Sequence record: SRR2962707_4349
DNA: 46,127 bases
Strand: one strand, 5' to 3'
The first letter of the stretch is position 1. Each line of letters opens with the position of its first letter. A model generated the notes under the pieces. That model ran no database searches. It was not told the origin of the DNA and was given only the letters and a program-made list of their open reading frames with translations. The translations under genes and the position numbers were made by a program. Below, in pieces: positions 9,290 to 19,287 of the stretch.

Positions 9290-9897
9290 ACGCTTGCCTT
9301 TTCCAATGCATCCGAACGCATGATCGGGAACACTTCGCCGTTTGAGCGCACAGAAAACATTGAAACACCATCCAACTCAATATGTTCGCCAAGCTCCACA
9401 AGCTGATACATAACAGGTCGTCCAATCAGCGCCTCAAGGCGTCCGCGCACATGAATATAGGGTTTTAAACCCAAATTTTCCGCTTCAATTTCAAAGCGCA
9501 ACGCATTCTCCGGTCCTGCCTCAATGATATCGCCGGTCAATGTGCGAAAAGTCAGCACCTGTTCGTCGCCCTGCCCCGTAACATCCATTTCAACGGCCAA
9601 AAACGGCGCATCGATAACGCGAATACCAACTTTTTCAACGGGCGTTACAAGATAGGTTTTCCCATCCTCATCTTTGCGCAAAACACTTGAAAACAAGCGC
9701 ACCAAAGCAGGCCGACCAATCGGTGTACCCATATAATACCACGAGCCATCGGCCCGAATTTCCATGTCGATATCGCCGCAAAATGGTGGATTCCATTTGT
9801 CCACGGGCGGCAAACCACGCCCTGATCCTTCGGCGCGCGCAATCACATCTTGCAAGCCATTGAGGCTTGTTGGTGCGTTTTGATTATTTTTCGTCAT
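9286..9897 (-). CDS. DUF1285 family protein
   Basis: PPVDKWNPPFCGDIDM, LVTPVEKVGIRV.DAPF; typical neighbour of MoxR clusters. Confidence 0.88.
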   Translation of the reverse strand: MTKNNQNAPTSLNGLQDVIARAEGSGRGLPPVDKWNPPFCGDIDMEIRADGSWYYMGTPIGRPALVRLFSSVLRKDEDGKTYLVTPVEKVGIRVIDAPFLAVEMDVTGQGDEQVLTFRTLTGDIIEAGPENALRFEIEAENLGLKPYIHVRGRLEALIGRPVMYQLVELGEHIELDGVSMFSVRSNGEVFPIMRSDALEKASV

Positions 9898-10030
9898 CAA
9901 ATCGTTTCCCTGACATCATTTGGCTAAAACATGCGCATAAGTCTCACATCACGAAATAGTCACCCATCGAAGGCTTGTCAGCCCTCAAAACTGATTTAGT
10001 CTATTTAAGAGCAACTTTGGAGAATGTCAC

Positions 10031-11038
10031 ATGACCGCACATACCGCCGATCAAACAGTCGATGAAAAGAATATCATCGCAGAGGCAGAAAATGCGCTCA
10101 AAGACATCGCAATCGTTAAAGCCGAAATCGCCAAAGTGATTTTCGGCCAAGAGCAAGTGATTGAAAGTGCAATTACCGCCATTTTGTCCGGTGGCCATGC
10201 TTTGCTTGTTGGCGTACCCGGCCTTGCAAAGACAAAACTGGTCGACACGCTCGGCACTGTTTTGGGCCTATCAGCTGGACGCGTTCAGTTCACCCCTGAT
10301 TTGATGCCTGCCGATATTTTGGGTTCTGAAGTGCTCGAAGAAGACGACAAAGGCAAACGCGCCTTTCGCTTTATCAAAGGCCCAATCTTCACGCAGCTTT
10401 TGATGGCCGATGAAATCAACCGCGCCAGCCCGCGCACCCAGTCTGCGCTTTTGCAAGCCATGCAGGAATATCATGTCACCGTCGCCGGTGCGCGTCATGA
10501 TTTGCCAGCCCCGTTCCATGTGCTTGCAACGCAGAACCCGCTTGAGCAAGAAGGCACCTATCCACTGCCGGAAGCCCAGCTCGACCGCTTTCTTATGCAG
10601 ATCGATATCGACTATCCAGAATTGCACGCTGAGCGCCAAATTCTTTTAGAAACAACCGGCACGAAAGCACAAACTGCCAGCGCTGTGCTCGACACTGCCA
10701 AATTGCAAAATCTGCAACAATTGGTGCGCCGCATGCCGGTGCCTGAAAGTGTGGTCGATGCAATTTTAACGCTTGTGCGCTCTGCGCGCCCTGGCCACGG
10801 CGTAGAAACTACTGACACCAACATTGCGTGGGGACCTGGCCCCCGCGCCAGCCAATCATTAATGCTCTGCGCCCGTGCCCGCGCACTTTATGATGGCCGC
10901 TTTGCACCATCGATTGATGATGTGCGCGCATTAGCAGAACCGGTTTTACAGCACCGCATGGCGCTGACTTTTGCTGCCCGCGCCGAAGGCATATCTGTTC
11001 AATCGGTGATCAAGGGTCTTGTCGCTGATTTGGACTAA
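10031..11038 (+). CDS. moxR: MoxR family AAA+ ATPase
   Basis: GVPGLAKT, QFTPDLMPAD, ADEINRASPRTQSALL, ATQNPLEQEGTYPLPEAQLDRF. Confidence 0.95.
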   Translation: MTAHTADQTVDEKNIIAEAENALKDIAIVKAEIAKVIFGQEQVIESAITAILSGGHALLVGVPGLAKTKLVDTLGTVLGLSAGRVQFTPDLMPADILGSEVLEEDDKGKRAFRFIKGPIFTQLLMADEINRASPRTQSALLQAMQEYHVTVAGARHDLPAPFHVLATQNPLEQEGTYPLPEAQLDRFLMQIDIDYPELHAERQILLETTGTKAQTASAVLDTAKLQNLQQLVRRMPVPESVVDAILTLVRSARPGHGVETTDTNIAWGPGPRASQSLMLCARARALYDGRFAPSIDDVRALAEPVLQHRMALTFAARAEGISVQSVIKGLVADLD

Positions 11039-11097
11039 CCGCAGTTTAGAAGCGCTTTTCTGCTGCAATTTTATTTAGAGAAAGAACGCCAAACCGC

Positions 11098-12036
11098 ATG
11101 GCAAATATTGGCCAATCCAGCAACCCGACTAGCAATGCAGACGCGCTTCAGCGCGCGCGGCAACGCGCTAGCCTTGTGCCGGAATTGCTCGTGGAAGCAC
11201 GGCGCATCGTAAACACGGTGATGGCCGGCTGGCATGGCCGCAAAAAGCGCGGCATTGGCGAAACATTCTGGCAATATCGCCCTTATGCACAAGGCGAAAC
11301 ACTCGCCCGCATCGATTGGCGGCGCTCGGCACGCGACGACCAAACCTATGTGCGTGACCTTGAATGGGAAGCAGCGCACACAATTTGGCTGTGGTGCGAT
11401 AAAAGCCCGTCGATGTTGTTCAAATCCAAAACAAGCGAAGTGTCAAAAGAATCGCGGGCGCTTGTCATCACTTTTGCGCTTGCCGAAATGTTTTCGCGCG
11501 GCGGCGAACGCATCGGTTATCCGGGTTTGTTAAAACCTGCCTCCAGCCGCAACGGTGCAGAACGCTTAGCTGCCGCCTTCGCAGCCGATAAAAGCGAGAA
11601 TTTTGAGATGCCCTCGCTTTCCATGGTGCGCCGCTTTAGCGATGTGGTCGTGATCAGTGACTTCCTAGGTCCAACCGATGAAACGCTCAGCTTCATTGAT
11701 CAACTAGCTGGCCAAGGCGCGCGTATGCACCTTGTCGAAATAGCGGACCCCGCCGAAGAAGATTTTCCCTATGGAGGGCGCACAGAATTTATTGATCCTG
11801 AAACGGGTACACGAATCACTGCAGGACGGGCAGAAGAATGGCGCGATACTTACCGCGCACTTTATCAAGCGCGGCGCGATATTTATCGCCGCCGCTGCCG
11901 TGCCCATGGTGGCAGCTACACCGTTAGCCGCACGGATCGATTGGCCTCTGAGACCCTTGTGACCTTGCACGGCAATTTTACCGGCAATCCTCAAGCCATT
12001 AGCAGCCCAAATGTCAGCGATAAGGGAGCCGCGTAA
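11098..12036 (+). CDS. DUF58 / vWA domain protein
   Basis: FWQYRPY.QG...IDWRRSAR, MIDAS-like DKSPS, ISDF; follows moxR. Confidence 0.9.
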   Translation: MANIGQSSNPTSNADALQRARQRASLVPELLVEARRIVNTVMAGWHGRKKRGIGETFWQYRPYAQGETLARIDWRRSARDDQTYVRDLEWEAAHTIWLWCDKSPSMLFKSKTSEVSKESRALVITFALAEMFSRGGERIGYPGLLKPASSRNGAERLAAAFAADKSENFEMPSLSMVRRFSDVVVISDFLGPTDETLSFIDQLAGQGARMHLVEIADPAEEDFPYGGRTEFIDPETGTRITAGRAEEWRDTYRALYQARRDIYRRRCRAHGGSYTVSRTDRLASETLVTLHGNFTGNPQAISSPNVSDKGAA

Positions 12037-14846
12037 TGTTCGGCTTGCCCATCGCATTTGCATTGCCCGCTATCTTGATCGGCTTGATTGTTTTGCCTTT
12101 AATCTGGTGGTTGTTGCGCTTAACGCCGCCCAAGCCCAGCAGCGAAATTTTCCCGCCGCTGCGCCTTTTGCAATCGGTCATCAAGCATGATGAAACACCG
12201 GCGCGAAGCCCGTGGTGGCTGACATTATTACGCTTAGTCTTAGCCGGTCTACTCATCCTCGCATTGGCAAAACCCCTGCTTAACCCGCAAGCAGACATGG
12301 CGCTAGATGATGGGCCATTGCTGATAATGGTTGATAATTCCTGGGGCGCTGCAAGCGATTGGGATGCGCGCCAACGCACCGTCGCAGCACTGATTACGCA
12401 AGCCCGCGAACAGGGTAAATCGGTTGCCATTAGCACCAGCGTCGCCGCGCCCACAACAAGTGTTACTTTAACCGATGCGCAAACTGCCGCCGCGCGTTTT
12501 GCAAGCCTGCAAATCATCGCAGCGCAGCCCAATCGCGCCGATGCCGTGCTGCGTTTGATCGAGGCATCGCGCGAAAGCCAAAATGCAACCTTAGCTATTT
12601 TATCGGATGGCTTGGCGCAAACCGGCGACGAACAAGCACTGCAAGCAATTGCCGGAACAAACATCACAAAAGTGCTTTTATTTAATGGCGAAATAGCAAA
12701 ACTTGTCGCGATTAGTGCCGCAAATAACCGCAGCGATGCGCTTGAGGTCTCGCTTATCCGGCCCAGCGGCAGCGATGAAAATAACGAAGTGACACTCAAC
12801 GCCGTTGATGAAAAAGGCCGTCTTTTAGCCAGCGCCAATGCGGTGTTTGAAGACGGCGCAGCAACATCACAAGCAGCCTTTGAAGTGCCGTTTGAACTGC
12901 GCAATGATATGGCCAATATCCGTATTGCCAATCAGAAAAACGCTGGCTCGACCTTCCTACTGGATGAGAACAATCGGCGCAGGCGCTTCGCACTTTTCTC
13001 AGGCCTTGCGGGCGATGAAGCACAGCCACTGTTGTCCCCGCTCTATTATATTCGCCGCGCCATCGCGCCCTATGCCGATATTGTTGAGCCGCGCACCGGT
13101 GATCTTGCCATAGACCTGCCAGAAATTATTGCGCAGGGTCCCGCCGTCATCGTGCTCGCTGATATTGGGGTGTTACCCAACAGCGCAGAAGAAGTGTTGG
13201 CCGACTGGATCGCATCAGGCGGTACATTGGTGCGTTTTGCCGGTCCGCGTCTTGCGGTCTCTGCCGAAGATGATCCGTTTTTGCCCGTGCGCCTTCGCGC
13301 CGGTGAACGCGCCCTTGGTGGTGCCCTGACATGGACAGAACCACAAGTCGTCGCCCCCTTCCCGCCAGACAGCCCTTTTGCGGAATTAAGCGCGCCAAAA
13401 GATGTGTTTGTAAATCGCCAAATATTGGCTGAACCAGACCCCGATTTGGGAAAAAACACTTGGGCAAGTCTTGCAGATGGCACACCGTTGGTAACGGGAA
13501 AACGGCTTGGCAAAGGCTCGATCGTGTTATTTCATGTGACAGCAGAAGCCACATGGTCAAACCTGCCAATCAGCGGTTCATTTGTTGATATGCTTCGGCG
13601 CATTGCAGACCTCTCATCGAATACCGGTGCAGCACAAGTTTCCGACGGCAAAATAACCGCCGAAACACTCACACCTTTGCGCATCGTAAGAGGCGATGGC
13701 GAATTGATCGCGCCGCCTTCATTCGTCAAGCCTATGAGCATCAATGCAGATACTCAAACCAGTTTTGAGAACCCTGCCGGCCTTTACGGTGTACCAGACG
13801 CTTTCAGAGCGCTTAATCTTCTAAATCCAGAAGACGCTTTAACACCATTTGCATTGCCGAATTTGACTATTCCGACACAAACCTTGCCCTATACGGCAGC
13901 ACGCCAAATCGATCTCAGCGGCTGGCTTTTTGCCCTAGCTCTGCTTTGCCTAATCATTGATACAATCGCCATGCTTTGGATCAATGGCCGCCTCAAGGGC
14001 CTGTTTAAAAACAAACGCCAATGGGCAGGCGCTGCGGCTATTGTGCTTTTCGCGCTTATCGCAATGCCACACAGCGCTTATGCGCAGGACACAAAACCTG
14101 GCGATGCCGCGATAATTGAGAGCCTTCAGGCAACCCGCATTGGCTATGTTTTAACCGGCGTTCGATCAACCGATGACATCAGCAAAGCGGGGCTCTTTGG
14201 CCTGAGCCAATACTTGGCTTCACGCACCGCCTTTGAACCTGCAGACCCCATTGGGCTTGATATTGAGCGTGATGAACTATCGCTCTATCCGCTTATTTAT
14301 TTCCCAATGGATGCATCAAGCCAAATGCCAAGCGATGCGGCCATAGCGCGCCTTGATGCCTATATGCAAAATGGCGGTACTATTTTGTTTGATACACGTG
14401 ATGAAATCGCCGGAAGTTTAAGCGCAGGCCAAGGCGCTGAAAACCAACGTCTGCGCGCCATCATGCGCAATTTGAATGTGCCAGCGTTAGAGCCAGTGCC
14501 AGAAGACCATGTGCTGACGAAATCCTTTTATATTTTGAATAGCTTCCCCGGTCTTTATGCGACTTCACCGCTTTGGGTTCAAAAATCGACGGAAGAAACA
14601 CAGGATTCACGGCCTATTAAACGCGGCGATGGCGTCTCGCCCATTCTCATTACCGGAAATGATTTTGCATCCGCTTGGGCACTAAGCGATGCTGGCAGAC
14701 CTATGATCCCTATCGCATCGGGCGATCCATCACAGCGCATTATGGCGTTCCGCGCGGGTGTTAATGTCATGATGTATATGTTGACCGGAAACTACAAAGC
14801 CGATCAGGTTCACATACCTGCCCTGCTCGAAAGATTGGGGCAATAA
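12036..14846 (+). CDS. Membrane protein with BatA N-terminal, vWA-like, GATase-like and DUF4159 domains
   Basis: BatA-like N-terminus (LIWWLLRLTPP..FP..LL..PWWLTLLR..LA.P), VDNS/SDG, internal TM, C-terminal AFRAGVNVMMYMLTGNYKADQVH; TAATG overlap. Confidence 0.88.
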   Translation: MFGLPIAFALPAILIGLIVLPLIWWLLRLTPPKPSSEIFPPLRLLQSVIKHDETPARSPWWLTLLRLVLAGLLILALAKPLLNPQADMALDDGPLLIMVDNSWGAASDWDARQRTVAALITQAREQGKSVAISTSVAAPTTSVTLTDAQTAAARFASLQIIAAQPNRADAVLRLIEASRESQNATLAILSDGLAQTGDEQALQAIAGTNITKVLLFNGEIAKLVAISAANNRSDALEVSLIRPSGSDENNEVTLNAVDEKGRLLASANAVFEDGAATSQAAFEVPFELRNDMANIRIANQKNAGSTFLLDENNRRRRFALFSGLAGDEAQPLLSPLYYIRRAIAPYADIVEPRTGDLAIDLPEIIAQGPAVIVLADIGVLPNSAEEVLADWIASGGTLVRFAGPRLAVSAEDDPFLPVRLRAGERALGGALTWTEPQVVAPFPPDSPFAELSAPKDVFVNRQILAEPDPDLGKNTWASLADGTPLVTGKRLGKGSIVLFHVTAEATWSNLPISGSFVDMLRRIADLSSNTGAAQVSDGKITAETLTPLRIVRGDGELIAPPSFVKPMSINADTQTSFENPAGLYGVPDAFRALNLLNPEDALTPFALPNLTIPTQTLPYTAARQIDLSGWLFALALLCLIIDTIAMLWINGRLKGLFKNKRQWAGAAAIVLFALIAMPHSAYAQDTKPGDAAIIESLQATRIGYVLTGVRSTDDISKAGLFGLSQYLASRTAFEPADPIGLDIERDELSLYPLIYFPMDASSQMPSDAAIARLDAYMQNGGTILFDTRDEIAGSLSAGQGAENQRLRAIMRNLNVPALEPVPEDHVLTKSFYILNSFPGLYATSPLWVQKSTEETQDSRPIKRGDGVSPILITGNDFASAWALSDAGRPMIPIASGDPSQRIMAFRAGVNVMMYMLTGNYKADQVHIPALLERLGQ

Positions 14847-14847
14847 T

Positions 14848-16935
14848 ATGGGAAATTACACACTCGCCTTTGACCCGATCTTGCCATTGTCCCTGCTATG
14901 GGTAGCCATTGGTATCGTCATTGTTTTATCAGCGCTTGTGCTTTGGCTGCGTGTACGCGGATCTGTGCTGCGTGCGCTCGCCTTGATCGCTCTCGTTATT
15001 GCCTTGGCCAATCCCATCATCGCACGCGAAGACCGCGTGCCGCTTCCAACAACTGTTGCGATTGTCGTCGATAAAAGCCAAAGCCAACTACTTGATAAGC
15101 GCCAAGATACAACGGCTGAAACGGTCCAAAAGCTGCAAGAAAACTTTGCCCGCTTTGGACAATTTGATGTCCGCGTGGTTGATGCGGGACAATCTGAAGA
15201 AGCAAGCACAGACATTCAGACCCGTCTATTCGAAGCACTGCGCTCTGCCCTGCGCGACGTACCACCTGCACGCATCGGCGGCGCAATAATGGTCACGGAC
15301 GGCCAAGTTCATGATGTGCCCAATCTTAGTTCTGCGCTGGGCTTTGATGCGCCGGTTCATGCCCTGATTACAGGGCGCAGCGACGAGTTTGATCGAAAGA
15401 TAAGCCTGATTGAAGCACCCCGATTTGCCATTGTCGATAAGCCAGTGACAATCAGCTATCGCGTTGATCACCAGGGCAAATTTCCGGCTGGAAACGAAAA
15501 TGTAGAAGTCTCGATCTACCGAAACGGTGACTTGATCTCGGTGGAACCGGCTACAGCAGGTCAGACCCTTGATGTTGATGTGGCGCTTGATCGCTCTGGC
15601 AAAAATATCATTGAATTTGCGGTCGAAACAGTTGATGGCGAGATCACGGAGAACAACAATCGCGCCGTCGCCCGTATCGACGGCATTCGCGAAAATCTGC
15701 GGGTTTTGCTCGTCTCTGGCGAGCCTCACGCCGGTGAGCGCACATGGCGCAATCTGCTAAAATCCGATGCCTCTGTTGATCTGGTGCATTTCACCATTTT
15801 GCGCCCACCTGAAAAACAAGACGGCACCCCCATCACAGAACTATCGCTCATTGCATTTCCAACCCGCGAACTCTTCGTGGACAAAATCGATGATTTCGAT
15901 TTAATCGTTTTTGACCGCTACCAAAACCGAAATGTTCTGCCGGTGCTCTACTATGATTTTATCGCCCAATATGTGCGCAATGGCGGCGCTTTGTTGATCG
16001 CAGCTGGCGAAGAATATGCAGAGGAACAATCTATCGCCCGCACCCCCTTGGTCAGCGCCCTACCCGCTCTGCCAACGGGCACCATTGAGATGGAAGGCTA
16101 TTATCCACGCCTAACTAATGATGGCAAACGCCATCCCGTCACCCGCTCATTGCCCGGCAGTGCGAGCGAACCGCCCAATTGGGGGCGCTGGTTCCGCACC
16201 GTTGATGTGGGCGTAACCGAAGGCACGACTATTATGCAGGCGGGCAATGACCGCCCGCTGCTCGTTTTAAATGAATATGGCGAAGGCCGTGTGGGCTTGA
16301 TGTTGTCCGACCATGGCTGGCTTTGGGCGCGCGGTTTTGAAGGCGGCGGTCCCCATGTCAATCTTTATCGCCGCTTAGCCCATTGGCTGATGAAAGAGCC
16401 GGACTTAGAGGCCGAAGCGCTCACCGCTGAACAGCAGGGACAAACCCTAAAGATCAAACGCCAGACAATGGCCGATAGCGCCGATGCGGTTGCCGTTCGC
16501 CAGCCCGATGGCAGCGAAATATTCGTTGAACTTCAAAAGACCGATGAAGGGCTGTTCGAAGCGGACCTTAAAACAGATCAGATCGGTCTCTATGAGATCT
16601 CAGATCCCAACCTATCAACGCTTGCTCATGTTGGACCTGTCGACGCGCCAGAGTTCCGCGATATGATTTCGACACCGCAAATTCTTGCGCCACTACTAAC
16701 CACAACCGGCGGCGACACTCGCCGCCTATTGTCAGAGTCCGGCGGGCTTAATGTGCCAAATATCCTGCCAATAAAGACAAGCACAGAAGCCTTTGGCCGC
16801 GATTGGATTGGTTTTAATGTAACCAGCGAAACCGAACTGCGCGGGATTGACCGTACGGGTCTACTTTCCGGTTTCCTTGGTCTTGCCATCCTTTTGATGG
16901 CGATATCATCTATGTGGTACCGCGAGGGACGTTAA
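14848..16935 (+). CDS. Membrane protein with vWA-like and class I glutamine amidotransferase-like domains
   Basis: N-terminal TMs, DKSQS/TDG MIDAS, LRVLLVSGEPHAGERTWRNLLKSD, C-terminal TM ending WYREGR. Confidence 0.88.
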   Translation: MGNYTLAFDPILPLSLLWVAIGIVIVLSALVLWLRVRGSVLRALALIALVIALANPIIAREDRVPLPTTVAIVVDKSQSQLLDKRQDTTAETVQKLQENFARFGQFDVRVVDAGQSEEASTDIQTRLFEALRSALRDVPPARIGGAIMVTDGQVHDVPNLSSALGFDAPVHALITGRSDEFDRKISLIEAPRFAIVDKPVTISYRVDHQGKFPAGNENVEVSIYRNGDLISVEPATAGQTLDVDVALDRSGKNIIEFAVETVDGEITENNNRAVARIDGIRENLRVLLVSGEPHAGERTWRNLLKSDASVDLVHFTILRPPEKQDGTPITELSLIAFPTRELFVDKIDDFDLIVFDRYQNRNVLPVLYYDFIAQYVRNGGALLIAAGEEYAEEQSIARTPLVSALPALPTGTIEMEGYYPRLTNDGKRHPVTRSLPGSASEPPNWGRWFRTVDVGVTEGTTIMQAGNDRPLLVLNEYGEGRVGLMLSDHGWLWARGFEGGGPHVNLYRRLAHWLMKEPDLEAEALTAEQQGQTLKIKRQTMADSADAVAVRQPDGSEIFVELQKTDEGLFEADLKTDQIGLYEISDPNLSTLAHVGPVDAPEFRDMISTPQILAPLLTTTGGDTRRLLSESGGLNVPNILPIKTSTEAFGRDWIGFNVTSETELRGIDRTGLLSGFLGLAILLMAISSMWYREGR

Positions 16936-17489
16936 AGCGAAACCAAATCTAAATGGCGCACTTCGCCTGCCAAATTGGACGCATTAAAACCGCGTAAGGG
17001 GCAAACCAAAAGCCGGTTTAAATCAACCGGTGCAGGCATGGAAACGTGGCCCTTGGGAGCCACTTCAAAGCCAAGTTTGCCATAATAGGGCTGATCACCA
17101 ACGAGCATGAGATAATCTGCATTGCTCGCTTTGGCCGCTTCAACACACAGCGCTACAAGCGCTTTGCCAATGCCCAGACCTTGAGCAGGAACCGTTACAG
17201 CAAGCGGCCCAAGCAGCAGTCCGACAGACTTGCTTTGTGTGGTCGCAATCCAAGTAAGGCGCACAGTACCTAATAGTGTGCCAACATTGTTTGTGGCAAC
17301 AAAGGACAGAGCATGATCATAGTCGCCTTGCTCACGCACACGAAATGCCGCGCGGGCAAAACGCCCCGGACCAAATACGCTTTCGTGTAATTGGTGAATA
17401 TCGTCTAGATGTTTGGTTTCTTCCAGCGCGATATTAAAATCAAGCGCAGGCGCAATGGCAGAGCCGTTTTGTGTAATGTGAGTGGTCAT
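16932..17489 (-). CDS. GNAT acetyltransferase (YhbS-like)
   Basis: FGPGRFARAAFRVRE, LLGPLAV..QGLGIG, LVGDQPYYGKLGF; start set to ATG 17489. Confidence 0.88.
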   Translation of the reverse strand: MTTHITQNGSAIAPALDFNIALEETKHLDDIHQLHESVFGPGRFARAAFRVREQGDYDHALSFVATNNVGTLLGTVRLTWIATTQSKSVGLLLGPLAVTVPAQGLGIGKALVALCVEAAKASNADYLMLVGDQPYYGKLGFEVAPKGHVSMPAPVDLNRLLVCPLRGFNASNLAGEVRHLDLVSL

Positions 17490-17547
17490 GGTTTGTCCGA
17501 GAAAAAGAGCGCATAGTGAGACGTCACCTTCAAAAAGAAGGAGCAAA

Positions 17548-17592
17548 CTATTGTCGTCGGAGCAACGGGTTATGTTTCGTTTTTAAAACCAT
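17548..17592 (-). CDS. Putative leader peptide MVLKTKHNPLLRRQ (14 aa) with tandem CGA CGA
   Basis: ATG GTT TTA AAA ACG AAA CAT AAC CCG TTG CTC CGA CGA CAA TAG, ending 58 nt upstream of the GNAT start. Confidence 0.55.
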   Translation of the reverse strand: MVLKTKHNPLLRRQ

Positions 17593-17750
17593 GATTTCCG
17601 GTATCACCAGATTAAACGGACGTAAAGCAAAAAAATGAATGCCTTTAATGGCCGGTGACGCAGTGTTCATCGTTCAAGACCTAACACTAAGCCTCATTTG
17701 GCCTATGTAGAGAGCACGAAGTAATAGTTATAAAAAGGGAGTACCAACCG

Positions 17751-18722
17751 ATGGGCTTACTCGTTGACGGTAAATGGCAAGACAAATGGTATGATACAAA
17801 ATCAACCGGCGGTCGATTTGAGCGCAAAGATGCCAGCTTTCGAAATTGGATTACTGCCGATGGCAGCGCCGGACCAAGCGGCGAAGGCGGCTATAAGGCT
17901 GAAGCGGACCGCTACCACCTCTATGTATCGCTCGCTTGTCCTTGGGCGCACCGTACGCTTATTTTCCGCAAGCTGAAAAAGCTTGAAGATTTAATCTCGG
18001 TTTCTGTCGTGCATCATTACATGCGCGATGAAGGCTGGACGTTTAAAACCGATGAATGGGCAAAAGGCGACGATCTTTTCGGCGCAGACTATCTGCGCGA
18101 TATTTACACCAAGGCTGTGCCTGATGTGACGACGCGGGTCACGGTTCCCGTTTTATGGGACAAGAAAACAAATACAATTGTGTCCAATGAATCCTCTGAA
18201 ATCATCCGCATGTTCAACTCCGCCTTTAACGAGCTAACGGGCGATGAGCAGGATTTCTATCCTGAAGAACTGCACGGTGAGATCGATGATATCAATGCGC
18301 GCGTCTATGACACCGTCAATAATGGCGTCTACAAATCAGGCTTTTCAACGACACAGGAAGCTTATGAAGAAGCAGTTGTGCCGCTGTTTGAAACATTGGA
18401 CCTTTTAGAAGATAAGCTCAGCAAGCAGCGCTATTTGGTTGGCGATAAACAGACTGAGGCCGATTGGCGTCTATTCACCACGCTTGTGCGGTTTGATCCG
18501 GTCTATGTTGGCCACTTTAAATGCAATCTACGCCGTATCGTTGATTACCCAAATCTGTGGAATTACACCAAGGAACTATATCAAACGGAAGGTGTCGCTG
18601 AGACCGTGAATATGCACCATATTAAATCGCATTATTACAGCAGCCACGATACGATCAACCCAACAGGCATTGTGCCGATGGGGCCAGAAATTGACTTCAT
18701 GGAACCCCATAATCGGGGTTAG
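17751..18722 (+). CDS. yqjG: Glutathionyl-hydroquinone reductase (GST omega-like)
   Basis: YVSLACPWAHR, VTVPVLWD, IVSNESSEIIRM, RFDPVY.GHFKCN; SD GGGAG. Confidence 0.93.
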   Translation: MGLLVDGKWQDKWYDTKSTGGRFERKDASFRNWITADGSAGPSGEGGYKAEADRYHLYVSLACPWAHRTLIFRKLKKLEDLISVSVVHHYMRDEGWTFKTDEWAKGDDLFGADYLRDIYTKAVPDVTTRVTVPVLWDKKTNTIVSNESSEIIRMFNSAFNELTGDEQDFYPEELHGEIDDINARVYDTVNNGVYKSGFSTTQEAYEEAVVPLFETLDLLEDKLSKQRYLVGDKQTEADWRLFTTLVRFDPVYVGHFKCNLRRIVDYPNLWNYTKELYQTEGVAETVNMHHIKSHYYSSHDTINPTGIVPMGPEIDFMEPHNRG

Positions 18723-19180
18723 CTCCACCACTCAGCGGCAATATCCGCACCGTGAAAAGCTTCGGCAATGCGTTTGCGCGTTGGCACTGTTGTGCCTTCG
18801 GGCAGCGCATCGGGAGCAAAAAAGCCAACTTCAGCGATTTCGCTGTCTGGCTTTTTCGTAATCTCTTGGGTGATGCCCGAAACCCTATAAATCGCGATAT
18901 AATCGCGTTTCACGCGGCGATTGAAATAAAAGCCAAAGATTTCCGGCTTAAGATCACCGGCAATGCCGGTTTCTTCCTTTAATTCACGCAGCGCTGCCGC
19001 AAGACCATTTTCGCCGCGATCAATGCCGCCGCCGGGCAAATGCCAGCCGTCAACATAGGTATGGCGCAGCAAAGCGACCTCGCCCTTTATGTTCACAGCG
19101 ATCACCCGCACACCAAGCGTCATCGGGCTTTTGATCATGTGCAAAAAGGGAAAAAAGAATATATTGAGTTTTCTGAGCAT
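18719..19180 (-). CDS. Nudix hydrolase
   Basis: Nudix box PGGGIDRGENGLAAALRELKEETG. Confidence 0.88.
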   Translation of the reverse strand: MLRKLNIFFFPFLHMIKSPMTLGVRVIAVNIKGEVALLRHTYVDGWHLPGGGIDRGENGLAAALRELKEETGIAGDLKPEIFGFYFNRRVKRDYIAIYRVSGITQEITKKPDSEIAEVGFFAPDALPEGTTVPTRKRIAEAFHGADIAAEWWS

Positions 19181-19287
19181 AAGCACCCTTAACGCCTGAC
19201 ATTTTCAACAGCCAGATGAAAATTGAAAAATTGGCAAATAATTGAACTTTTCATTGTCGCAAAGCGGTCAAACCGTTACGAAACAAC

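Noticed and set aside
12014-12931. 305-aa antisense ORF
   Set aside because: It lies wholly opposite a well-supported gene, with typical antisense composition and no motifs.
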